Of a DNA stretch of 64,000 nt, positions 27,030 through 35,507 are shown piece by piece; position 1 is the first letter of the stretch; every line of letters begins with the position of its first letter. Source of the DNA: Patescibacteria group bacterium (GTDB lineage: Bacteria > Patescibacteriota > Patescibacteriia > UBA10025 > JAHIVO01); NCBI GenBank assembly GCA_028718605.1, contig JAQULM010000002.1:1776-65775 (forward strand), in the 5' to 3' direction. The translations under genes were made by a program, and so were the position numbers. The notes under the pieces are model-generated. The model ran no database searches, was not told the origin of the DNA, and worked only from the letters and a program-made list of their open reading frames with translations.

Positions 27030-28649
27030 CTATACTACCGCGAAATACCCGCTTGGGTAACGGCGGTTGTCGAAATCCCATAAGCAGACCATCAGCCAGC
27101 GTATGCCTGGCTGGAGGGGCTCAAACCGGATAACCGCTTCATACGAATCTCCGGGATTGAGCTGCTTTGCCTGCTTCGGCTTCAATCCGGTCACGTATTC
27201 GAGAATCCGATAACACGTATCCGGATCGGTGCTTCGTAGATAGGTGAATTTCTTGACGCACGCAACGATGCGCTCGTGAGCATTCTTCATGCCTGGTGGA
27301 ACAACCCAGACGAACTTAACGTCCGTCCCTTGCGCGAAGGATACAATCTCGGTAACCCCGATACGTAATCCCTCCGTGCTGTCAAGCCAGAGAGTGTCTG
27401 GGAACTCCTTTTCGAAGACCATAACCTGTTCACTCGACGGCATATACGAACCCTCTCCGAGATCGTCCGTCTGTACGTTCGTCGGAACAGCATCGGCAAC
27501 CTGGCTTACCGATTCGTCATCCGGCACAACAGAAGCATACTGGTCTGTTGTGGACGGTTGTTGAACCGGCTGCAGCTGCTGCCGTTGCGGCACAATCGGC
27601 TCGCCTGCCGGCTCCTGAGGAGAAGCCGGCTGGTGCATGCCGTACTGTGTTGCATTCGGCACCCGTGTTTCCATGGGCATCGGCGCAGCGTTTTTCGGCG
27701 GCTTCGCAAGGAAACCCCGCAGGAGAACGGCGTCGATGGAATCCACCTTACCGTCGCCGTCATAGTCCCCTTTCAGGTACCACGCGCCGCCGATCTTCAT
27801 CATCAGGTGATTGTTGTCCATACGGAATGCCAGATCATTCTGGATAATGTCCGCATCGACCGAATCAACCTTGTCGCTCAAGTCAACGTCCAGAAGCTGG
27901 CCGACTGGTCCGAGCGAAGAGAACGACGTAGCTATATTGCCCGCCAGCTCAACACCCCGGACGCCGCCGTCGATGATCTTCTGGACTGGCGCCGGCAAGT
28001 GGCCGTACGTCAAGTGTGCGAACGTGAACAATCCAACGCACGCCAATACGAGGACGGATGCCGCCCTGACACGGTAGCGCCACGTATCGTTCACGATGAA
28101 CAGCGCAATCTGCGACAGCGCGAAAAGCGCGAATGTCTCGGGCTCGTGGTTCCACGGCTCGTACAGCAGGAACGCCGCCATCACGGCGACATCCCAGTAC
28201 AGGATGTGCTGGAAGAGTTCACCAATCGTGGCCACTCCCTGCTTCGCAAACGCACCGCCTGCCTTGAGACTCGCGAGCAGAAGCACCGCGAACACCAGAA
28301 GCATGCAGTACATGACGAGCAGCAGGGACGCTATTCCGAAAATTGCCACATAGAAGCCACCATGGAACACGTACATGAACATGCCGCACACGGTGACAAG
28401 GGCAAGGAGCAGAAAAAACCTGCCCTGCGCCTTTTTCCAGATCATGCTGGCGACATCGCCAGCCGTGCGCGCACCCTGCATGACATTGTCAATAAGCTGC
28501 TCGGCGAACTTGAACCCGAGCAGATGAAGGATGATGGTCCCGATGACCGTGGCCTGGATCGGGCCGATCGAGAACAAACCCTTCTTCCTTTTCTTTTCCG
28601 CGCCGGCTTTTCCGTCGGCGGGATCAGGACTTAGGCTGGTCTTAGGCAT
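27030..28649 (-). CDS. Hypothetical polytopic membrane protein with dockerin-like repeat pair and C-terminal beta domain
   Basis: Start MPKTSL after GGAGG; about 6-7 hydrophobic segments; 'DVDLSDKVDSVDADII' and 'GDYDGDGKVDSIDAVLLRGFL'; Pro/Gln linker. Confidence 0.7.
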   Translation of the reverse strand: MPKTSLSPDPADGKAGAEKKRKKGLFSIGPIQATVIGTIILHLLGFKFAEQLIDNVMQGARTAGDVASMIWKKAQGRFFLLLALVTVCGMFMYVFHGGFYVAIFGIASLLLVMYCMLLVFAVLLLASLKAGGAFAKQGVATIGELFQHILYWDVAVMAAFLLYEPWNHEPETFALFALSQIALFIVNDTWRYRVRAASVLVLACVGLFTFAHLTYGHLPAPVQKIIDGGVRGVELAGNIATSFSSLGPVGQLLDVDLSDKVDSVDADIIQNDLAFRMDNNHLMMKIGGAWYLKGDYDGDGKVDSIDAVLLRGFLAKPPKNAAPMPMETRVPNATQYGMHQPASPQEPAGEPIVPQRQQLQPVQQPSTTDQYASVVPDDESVSQVADAVPTNVQTDDLGEGSYMPSSEQVMVFEKEFPDTLWLDSTEGLRIGVTEIVSFAQGTDVKFVWVVPPGMKNAHERIVACVKKFTYLRSTDPDTCYRILEYVTGLKPKQAKQLNPGDSYEAVIRFEPLQPGIRWLMVCLWDFDNRRYPSGYFAVV

Positions 28650-29691
28650 GATGAGCACCTCCTTCAATGACAGCAGTGACGCTGAGGACCTGCTCAACAA
28701 CCGGCTTCGATGCTTCGATGAACCTGTTGTACAAGTACACAGCGATTGCGACTCCAGCGACCGCCACAACAAGCCCGCTCGGAATGCCGACCCACGCACC
28801 GTATTCGACAGTCAGCAAACTGCCAACAGTAAACGCGGTAGCGAGGAATACAATGATGATTACCGCCGCAAGGATGAGCGCGCCAAGCAGGCCGGTGCTT
28901 CGGGGGGGCGTATCGGTTGGCACCGCTGCAGGATTAGCCGGGGTCGTACGCTGGCGCCGTACCGGCAACCGCTTCCTCGCCGCCAGGACAATCCCGACAG
29001 CGATGAGTGCGATGCCGATCGGCACGCCGATCCACGGACTGTGCTGGTAGCTTAGGCCTACTCCGAGAAACACGCCCAGACCCGTGAACAAGCTCACGAT
29101 CTTGACGCGATCCCAGAACAAACCCTTTGCTTTCGCATTGTGGCTTGTCTCCTGAAGCCATGCCTGGAATTCCTCGTTGTGCGGAATTTCCCACTGGCGC
29201 GCCGTGTCGTACAGCTCCCAACCCTTGTGGGCCAGGAAGCCACTCACCTCAGCGACGTTTTTCACTCGATGCTCAGCATCAAGCTGGAACGCCGTATTGG
29301 TGTAGTCAACCACCATCCCGGATCCTTTTTCTGCCAGTTCCTTTGCGACTCGCTTGGCTTCGCTATACGCATCTTTGCCCATGATGACACCGTGGGCAAA
29401 GAGTTCCTCGATTCGATCAAAGAGCAGGCGAAATTCGCCCGGCGCGTCGCCTGTCGCGATATCAGTCCCGCCGCGAATGGCGAGCCCGATCGTCAACAAG
29501 TTAAGCAAGCCCATGACGGTCTTGTTCTCGATTCCCAGAGGGAATTTCACTTTTTCCACAAGCCCTTGAATCCGCTTGAACAAATCCCAAGACGGCTTTT
29601 CTGAAGCTGGTGGAGTGTCAACCGACGCATCAGCCACAGCAGCTGTGGCTTCAGCAGCAGTTGTATCGGTTACGATATTGTCATCTGCCAT
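28642..29691 (-). CDS. Hypothetical protein, helical N-terminus and 4 C-terminal TM helices
   Basis: 349-aa ORF, GGAGG SD, start overlaps the upstream stop (TAATG), two TM hairpins separated by a basic/Pro linker. Confidence 0.7.
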   Translation of the reverse strand: MADDNIVTDTTAAEATAAVADASVDTPPASEKPSWDLFKRIQGLVEKVKFPLGIENKTVMGLLNLLTIGLAIRGGTDIATGDAPGEFRLLFDRIEELFAHGVIMGKDAYSEAKRVAKELAEKGSGMVVDYTNTAFQLDAEHRVKNVAEVSGFLAHKGWELYDTARQWEIPHNEEFQAWLQETSHNAKAKGLFWDRVKIVSLFTGLGVFLGVGLSYQHSPWIGVPIGIALIAVGIVLAARKRLPVRRQRTTPANPAAVPTDTPPRSTGLLGALILAAVIIIVFLATAFTVGSLLTVEYGAWVGIPSGLVVAVAGVAIAVYLYNRFIEASKPVVEQVLSVTAVIEGGAHHA

Positions 29692-30818
29692 TAGACTTCT
29701 CCTCCTGCGGGATCAGCGGGGACGACAAGCGTCCCATGGATCTGCGCCCAGAGCGCGTCAATGCGCGTCCGGTTTTCTTTATGCAGGGTATCGTTTCGTT
29801 TACGGGCTTCTTCGTGGGCGTCTCGCCTTTTTTGAAGCCAATCCTCAATCCGATCCCAGAATTCTGAATCACCTTGGCGCCGATGCTCCGAGAGGAGCAG
29901 CGAACACCGATGGTCATGTGTTGGCATGCTGGCCAGGCGTTCAAACTCCTGGTTGTTCCAGCTTGCCATCAATTGCCGAACTTTCTTGACCGCGTCGTTG
30001 CCGAACTTCTCCTGGACGTAGTCCAGGAAGTCGACGATAGTCAGGCGCGTTACCTCATCAAGTGCCAGGATCGCCATGATCGCCTTGGTTTCACGTTCTT
30101 CCGGCGCGCCGTGCTTTTCGTCGCCCGGGAGGAATCCCATGACGTCGAAAATACCGAATAGCGTGCTGAAGTCCGGAACCGTGCCGCGCTGCATGCGCTG
30201 CGCGATCTTCTCGACCTGCTGCGGCTTCATGGCAGCGAATATCGCCGAAACGCGCTTACGCTTCGCCTCATCGAGCTCTTCGAGCCCGGCGAGCCACGCA
30301 GCCCATACGTCTTCGCCGACGTTCAGGGCAAACATCGAAAAGTTCGCCATGCCGTCGAGCGTCTGTTTCAGGTCAGCGATCGCGCCCTTGACCGCAGCCG
30401 GATGCTCTTGCGGAGCACCCACGCGGCCTTCGAGCCGGTCCTTCACCGACTTTTCCCACGCAGCGACGAATCGCGTGCGCAGGTCGTCGATCAGCGGCGG
30501 CGTGTTCGTCACGCGCGCGATGCCGATCGACAGGTACTTCGTCAACCATGACGACAGATCGAGGAGTTTCCTCGTCGCTGGGTCGTCAAAGGCCTTCTGG
30601 GGTATCTGGCGAACCAGGTACTCCACGGCCGGGCCCATGCCCGTATCCACGAACTGCTGCGTAACATCGGCTCCCCACGATTTCTTCGGTGGGGCCGACG
30701 CGGCGTTGGCGTTGGCATTGCTGCCTCCGCCTGATCCGGACGTACGTTCATCCCGGCGATTTTTATCGCGCCGAAAATCCCGCCGCCCCCTGTCTTTTCT
30801 GTGGTCATTTCTGTCCAC
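29691..30818 (-). CDS. Hypothetical all-helical soluble protein with Arg/Asp-rich N-terminus
   Basis: Long ORF; GTG at 30818 lies 8 nt after AAGGAGG (the ORF-track GTG at 30827 overlaps the SD). Confidence 0.7.
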   Translation of the reverse strand: MDRNDHRKDRGRRDFRRDKNRRDERTSGSGGGSNANANAASAPPKKSWGADVTQQFVDTGMGPAVEYLVRQIPQKAFDDPATRKLLDLSSWLTKYLSIGIARVTNTPPLIDDLRTRFVAAWEKSVKDRLEGRVGAPQEHPAAVKGAIADLKQTLDGMANFSMFALNVGEDVWAAWLAGLEELDEAKRKRVSAIFAAMKPQQVEKIAQRMQRGTVPDFSTLFGIFDVMGFLPGDEKHGAPEERETKAIMAILALDEVTRLTIVDFLDYVQEKFGNDAVKKVRQLMASWNNQEFERLASMPTHDHRCSLLLSEHRRQGDSEFWDRIEDWLQKRRDAHEEARKRNDTLHKENRTRIDALWAQIHGTLVVPADPAGGEV

Positions 30819-30823
30819 GATAC

Positions 30824-30904
30824 TCACCTCCTTGTAGGTGATGTTAGGTTAAAGGTTACAACAGTTGTATCTATACAACATTTACATGTTTTCATAGTGC
30901 TCAT
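30824..30904 (-). CDS. Putative 26-aa leader peptide/uORF
   Basis: AAGGAGGTG-CC-ATG; MSTMKTCKCCIDTTVVTFNLTSPTRR; last codons and stop overlap the SD of the next gene. Confidence 0.4.
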   Translation of the reverse strand: MSTMKTCKCCIDTTVVTFNLTSPTRR

Positions 30905-31078
30905 GGCACCTCCTTTTGTTTGTACCTCAACTCCCTTCATCACGAGGGGTGAGTATATGGTTTTCACAGAAATATAAAACCCACACAGTACTCTTGCCAG
31001 TCCAGTAATTGGATTGTCAATGAACCACATGGATTTCCTGGAGCAAAACGCAAAAATGGCATTTTACTTCAGCTTGCT

Positions 31079-31108
31079 ACCTTACAACAAAAATACCTCC
31101 TTTGTCAA
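31079..31108 (-). promoter_or_regulatory. sigma70-like promoter of the three-gene operon
   Basis: Minus strand TTGACA-18 nt-TAAGGT. Confidence 0.45.
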
Positions 31109-31148
31109 GGTGGATAACGCTTACTCAGGATCTGTGCGTCTGAACTCT

Positions 31149-32015
31149 CTACGGTAGTATACGGACTGCTGTTCCGTCACTTACCATCCGTATGTCCCCC
31201 ACCTCATCCGTCCGAAACGTCCTCATGCCAAATTTCTGAAGCAACATTATTACTGACCGGTGGGGGTGACCGTAGCTGTTGCCTGCTCCAACGGAGATAA
31301 TGGCGTATTCTGGATCAATGGTCTCCAGAAATTCCTCCGACGACGAATACCTACTGCCGTGGTGCCCAACCTTGAGAACATCGCTTCCAAGTGCCGAATT
31401 ATTTTTTTCGACAAGTACTTTTTCAACTTCCGTGGGCGCGTCGCCGGTTAACAGAAACGAAGTGTTTTGGTATGAAACGCGCACAACGATTGACATCGCA
31501 TTCAGGTTTTTTGGTTTAGCCTGTTCGTTGTTTACTTCTGGAAACAGCACATGAATGCTCGTCAGGCCGAACGTGAACGCCTGCCCTCCATGCGGTTCAA
31601 CCACCGGAATATTTTTCTCCCGAACCATCTCGCGCAACGCAACAACGCACGGCGACTCTGACCCCGCATCTTCGTAGAGCAACGCGCGTACCGCGTACCG
31701 CTCTAGCACGTCAACGAGCCCGCACGCATGGTCAGCATGTTCATGCGTCAGGACGACAAGGTCGATGGTATGGTCGTAAAACGGCAAGGCATTCCCGATC
31801 TTCGGTAAAACGCCTGCGTCTGGACCGCCGTCGACAAGGATCGAATCGCCAGATGGAGTCTGGACAAATATACTGTCGCCCTGGCCAACATCAAAGAAAG
31901 TAACACGCAGGTCTTTACTTCTCTGGTTCGCATAGAAAGCAAGGGTTGCAAGTGCTCCCCCAACAATAACGGTACCTATGGCAATCCGAATATGTCTCTT
32001 CCTTTGAGCTGTCAT
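31149..32015 (-). CDS. ComEC/Rec2-related metallo-beta-lactamase domain protein
   Basis: 'FFDVGQGDS', 'THEHADH', 'LLTGD', 'LKVGHHGS', 'NSYGHPH'; ATGA overlap with the comEC stop. Confidence 0.92.
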   Translation of the reverse strand: MTAQRKRHIRIAIGTVIVGGALATLAFYANQRSKDLRVTFFDVGQGDSIFVQTPSGDSILVDGGPDAGVLPKIGNALPFYDHTIDLVVLTHEHADHACGLVDVLERYAVRALLYEDAGSESPCVVALREMVREKNIPVVEPHGGQAFTFGLTSIHVLFPEVNNEQAKPKNLNAMSIVVRVSYQNTSFLLTGDAPTEVEKVLVEKNNSALGSDVLKVGHHGSRYSSSEEFLETIDPEYAIISVGAGNSYGHPHRSVIMLLQKFGMRTFRTDEVGDIRMVSDGTAVRILP

Positions 32016-33529
32016 ACAGGCAATGATGCGCGTTTCTTTCTTCTGCTCAACACCAACAGTGTGCCGAAAAGCACACAATACAGGATGGCGAGGAGGGACG
32101 TTTGGATCCTCAGAGAATCAATTGACGAAAATGAAAATTGGGCAAACGTCCGCACGATAAACAAGATATACCCCAGCACCAGCCACACAACCCACCCAAC
32201 CGCCTGGCCAAGCGGAACCCATACGATTGCACATACGCCCGCAATAAAACCAAACGCCATCGCAAGGGGCACCATCGGCAAAATGAGAACATTCACCAGC
32301 GGCGCAACGACCGACATCCTGCCGAATTGGTACATTATGAGCGGCAACGTCATCATTGTTGCTGAAAGCGTCGCAACGAGGTTCGCTCGGAATTCAAACG
32401 GATTTGGCATCCATCTAAACAGCCGTTCAATATGCGGCGATGCATACACGAGACCAACCGTTGCGAGGAAAGAAAGCTGGAAGCCGGCATCAAACGCGAG
32501 TATGCGGGGGTTCCACATAAGCATGGCAACGGCAGCGAACACCAAGCTATTGGTGACCCTGCTCATACGGCCTGCCTGCGTAGCGAGCAATACGAGCATG
32601 CCCATCACCGCTGCCCGTACAACAGATGCCTGCGCTCCTGTAATGGCGACAAAAAAACCAATTGCCCCAAGCGACACCCAGAACGCCTTTTTTCGCGGTA
32701 TCAACAATCGCTTGCATACGTTCATGATCATCACCGCGATAATGGTAATGTTGTATCCGGAAAGCGCGACGATGTGCGTTGTACCGGTGCGGCTGAAACT
32801 CTGCATTAATTCGTCGGGAATTGCCCGCTTTGCACCGAGTACGAGTCCCGCGAGGAATGATGCATGCGGCTCCGGAAGCGACTGCTGCACAGCGCGGACA
32901 AAGCCCGCCTTGACGGAAAGCATGGCATGCATCACTGGATTGCCATATCGACGTCCAGTTTCAACAACTTCAGACTTTATGCATAATGAATAAATGCCAT
33001 ACCGCGCAAGATACTGGTCGTAGCGGAACGTACGCTGGCCATTACCGACATCCGTGACGATTGGTTCTGGCGTTTTTAACACGCACGAACATTCCACCAG
33101 AGAACCGTACTCATATGCAGGGTACCGTGGCACTGTCACGAGTACCTTTCCCCGAACCTGCGCTGGCAATCCTTCCAACCCCTGCGATGCGCTCAGTGTA
33201 AGCTTCACCGTATCCTGGCGAATGTCCGGCTCAACTGACACAGTGCCGCGAAACCGCACTTCCCTGCCATTATATGCCTGGATGTCGTGATTGCCGACGC
33301 GCGGAATTGACAATTCATAGCGGACGATGCCAGCTGCACACGCGAGAATACATACTCCCGCAATCCATACGGTGCTGCGTGAGTGCCCGAATAGCATGCC
33401 ACACAAACCAACTATAATAACACCATAAACAACAGCTGTGCCCAAAGGTGCGAACGACCGCAACCCCACACCGGTGATAAACCCAAGGCAGATGACAAGA
33501 AATACTTTATAGTTCGGGAGTTTCCCCAT
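32012..33529 (-). CDS. comEC: Competence protein ComEC (channel part)
   Basis: 'GTTHIVALSGYNI', 'SVVRAAVMG', 'DAGFQLSFLAT', multiple TMs. Confidence 0.95.
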   Translation of the reverse strand: MGKLPNYKVFLVICLGFITGVGLRSFAPLGTAVVYGVIIVGLCGMLFGHSRSTVWIAGVCILACAAGIVRYELSIPRVGNHDIQAYNGREVRFRGTVSVEPDIRQDTVKLTLSASQGLEGLPAQVRGKVLVTVPRYPAYEYGSLVECSCVLKTPEPIVTDVGNGQRTFRYDQYLARYGIYSLCIKSEVVETGRRYGNPVMHAMLSVKAGFVRAVQQSLPEPHASFLAGLVLGAKRAIPDELMQSFSRTGTTHIVALSGYNITIIAVMIMNVCKRLLIPRKKAFWVSLGAIGFFVAITGAQASVVRAAVMGMLVLLATQAGRMSRVTNSLVFAAVAMLMWNPRILAFDAGFQLSFLATVGLVYASPHIERLFRWMPNPFEFRANLVATLSATMMTLPLIMYQFGRMSVVAPLVNVLILPMVPLAMAFGFIAGVCAIVWVPLGQAVGWVVWLVLGYILFIVRTFAQFSFSSIDSLRIQTSLLAILYCVLFGTLLVLSRRKKRASLPV

Positions 33530-33533
33530 AAAC

Positions 33534-33569
33534 GAAAAACTTTCCGCGAATAAACGGGGAAAGTTTTTC
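33534..33569. terminator. Hairpin with U-tracts between glmS and comEC
   Basis: GAAAAACTTTCC / GGAAAGTTTTTC 12-bp inverted repeat. Confidence 0.6.
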
Positions 33570-33610
33570 TACTACCAACCTACTATAGTCTCAAATGAAT
33601 GTCAAGCTGT

Positions 33611-35506
33611 CTATTCCACGGTTACGGACTTCGCCAAGTTCCGCGGTTTGTCCGGATCGTGGCCGCGTAATACCGCAATCTCGTACGCCAGCAACTGCAG
33701 GGGAACCGTCGCGAGCACCGGAACCAGGTGCGCGAGCGTGTTCGGCACCTCGATGACCCATTCAGCCATCTTCGAAATTTCATCGTCGCCCTCGTTCACG
33801 ACTGCGATTATCCGGCCGCCACGGGCACGAACTTCTTCTGCGTTTGATGCGATCTTTTTATAACTCTCCGGCTCTTCGCTGTCGTGCGGTGCGATAATCA
33901 CGACCGGCATATTCCGGTCAATGAGCGCGATCGGCCCGTGCTTCATCTCTGCAGCCGAATAACCCTCGGCATGGATATATGAGATTTCCTTCAACTTCAA
34001 AGCCCCTTCCAGGGCGATCGGGTAATTGTATCCCCGTCCGAGATAAAGGAAGTTGTTTGTATTTTTATACTCTCGCGCGATTTGTTGGACAATGCCGTCG
34101 CCGGTGTCTTTATGATAGACGGTCTGCAATACCCGCTCGATTTTCTCAGGGAGCGAGAGAAGTTCGTGGACGATTTTTAGCGCATCCTTGTCAGGAATAC
34201 GCTTTGTGCCGTCCGCGAGCGGCTGCCGTTGGTCCATAAAATGCGACAAGCCCAGGTTCAGAAGTGAAAACGCGACAACCTGCGAAGAAAACGCCTTGGT
34301 CGACGCGACACCGATCTCGGGACCAGCATGGAGATACACTCCCCCGTCAACCATGCGTGCAATCGTCGAGCCGACGACATTCACAATGCCCATACTGTAC
34401 GCCCCGAGCTTCTTCGCGAGCTGCGCTGCACCTTTTGTGTCTGCCGTCTCTCCGGACTGGGACACGCTCACGGCGAGCGAATTGGGGACCATGACTGGCT
34501 GCCGATACCTGAATTCCGACGCCTGTTCACATGTTACGGGCACCTTAAGCAGTTTTTCCATAAGGAAGGCGCCAACCAGCCCTGCGTGCCACGATGTGCC
34601 GCATGCTAAAATTTTAATGGCATCGATGCGCGATACGTGCTCCGGAAAACCGTTCTGCAGGCAACGCATGCGCACATCGGTCTCATTCTTCTTGATCTTG
34701 CCGCCCAGTAAATTTCGAATTGATTGGGGCTGCTCATAAATTTCTTTCAGCATGAAGTGCGGAAAACCGCCCTTCTCAATCATTTCCAGGTCCCATGTGA
34801 TTTTCTCAACTTCCTTCTTAACATCCTTGTTATCGAGAGTCATTGTTCGATACCCATCCTTCGTGACAACAGCCATTTCACCATCTTCGAGGTATACCAC
34901 GTTACGCGTATAGGGAAGCAATGCGGCTGCATCCGACGCGACAAAAAACTCTCCCTGCGCGACCCCGATCACGATAGGGCTCCCATTGCGCGCGACAACG
35001 AGCTTCTTGGGTTCCTTCGTGCATATCGCGACCAATCCATACGTTCCTTCGAGCTGGGCAAGCGCTTTCTGCACTGCAATCTCAAAATCCCGCCCTTCAT
35101 AATAGCGTTCGATGAGATGGGCTATCACTTCCGTGTCTGTCGCGGAACGGAACGTATGCCCTTCTTTCTGGAGAAGCTGCTTCAATGACCGGTAGTTCTC
35201 TATGATGCCATTATGCGCGATCGCAATATTCCCCTCGGAATCGGTGTGGGGATGGGCATTAACCTCAGATGGCTCGCCATGGGTAGCCCAGCGGGTATGG
35301 GCAATTCCGACTGTGCCGAAAAGGGAGTTGTCGAGTAGTTTTTTTTCGAGTGCCGCAATTCTCCCGACTGCTTTGATGATATTGATGCCGTCGCTGACAG
35401 TCGCAATGCCCGCAGAATCATACCCGCGGTATTCAAGACGCTTCAAGCCATCGAGGAGCACTGGGGTTGCTTCTCGTGAACCGATATATCCGACTATCCC
35501 ACACAT
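33611..35506 (-). CDS. glmS: Glutamine-fructose-6-phosphate aminotransferase
   Basis: MCGIVG, 'LEYRGYDSAG', 'HTRWATHG', 'SQSGETADT', C-terminal 'PRNLAKSVTVE'. Confidence 0.98.
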   Translation of the reverse strand: MCGIVGYIGSREATPVLLDGLKRLEYRGYDSAGIATVSDGINIIKAVGRIAALEKKLLDNSLFGTVGIAHTRWATHGEPSEVNAHPHTDSEGNIAIAHNGIIENYRSLKQLLQKEGHTFRSATDTEVIAHLIERYYEGRDFEIAVQKALAQLEGTYGLVAICTKEPKKLVVARNGSPIVIGVAQGEFFVASDAAALLPYTRNVVYLEDGEMAVVTKDGYRTMTLDNKDVKKEVEKITWDLEMIEKGGFPHFMLKEIYEQPQSIRNLLGGKIKKNETDVRMRCLQNGFPEHVSRIDAIKILACGTSWHAGLVGAFLMEKLLKVPVTCEQASEFRYRQPVMVPNSLAVSVSQSGETADTKGAAQLAKKLGAYSMGIVNVVGSTIARMVDGGVYLHAGPEIGVASTKAFSSQVVAFSLLNLGLSHFMDQRQPLADGTKRIPDKDALKIVHELLSLPEKIERVLQTVYHKDTGDGIVQQIAREYKNTNNFLYLGRGYNYPIALEGALKLKEISYIHAEGYSAAEMKHGPIALIDRNMPVVIIAPHDSEEPESYKKIASNAEEVRARGGRIIAVVNEGDDEISKMAEWVIEVPNTLAHLVPVLATVPLQLLAYEIAVLRGHDPDKPRNLAKSVTVE

Positions 35507-35507
35507 A

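Noticed and set aside
27558-28634. 358-aa plus-strand ORF and other long antisense ORFs (for example 7778-8425, 30076-30837, 50426-51319)
   Set aside because: They shadow well-supported genes on the opposite strand, lack motifs and are expected from codon bias.
31149-33529. Split comEC as a pseudogene
   Set aside because: Both parts have intact motifs, the second has its own TM and an ATGA overlap; the two-gene form is common in CPR.
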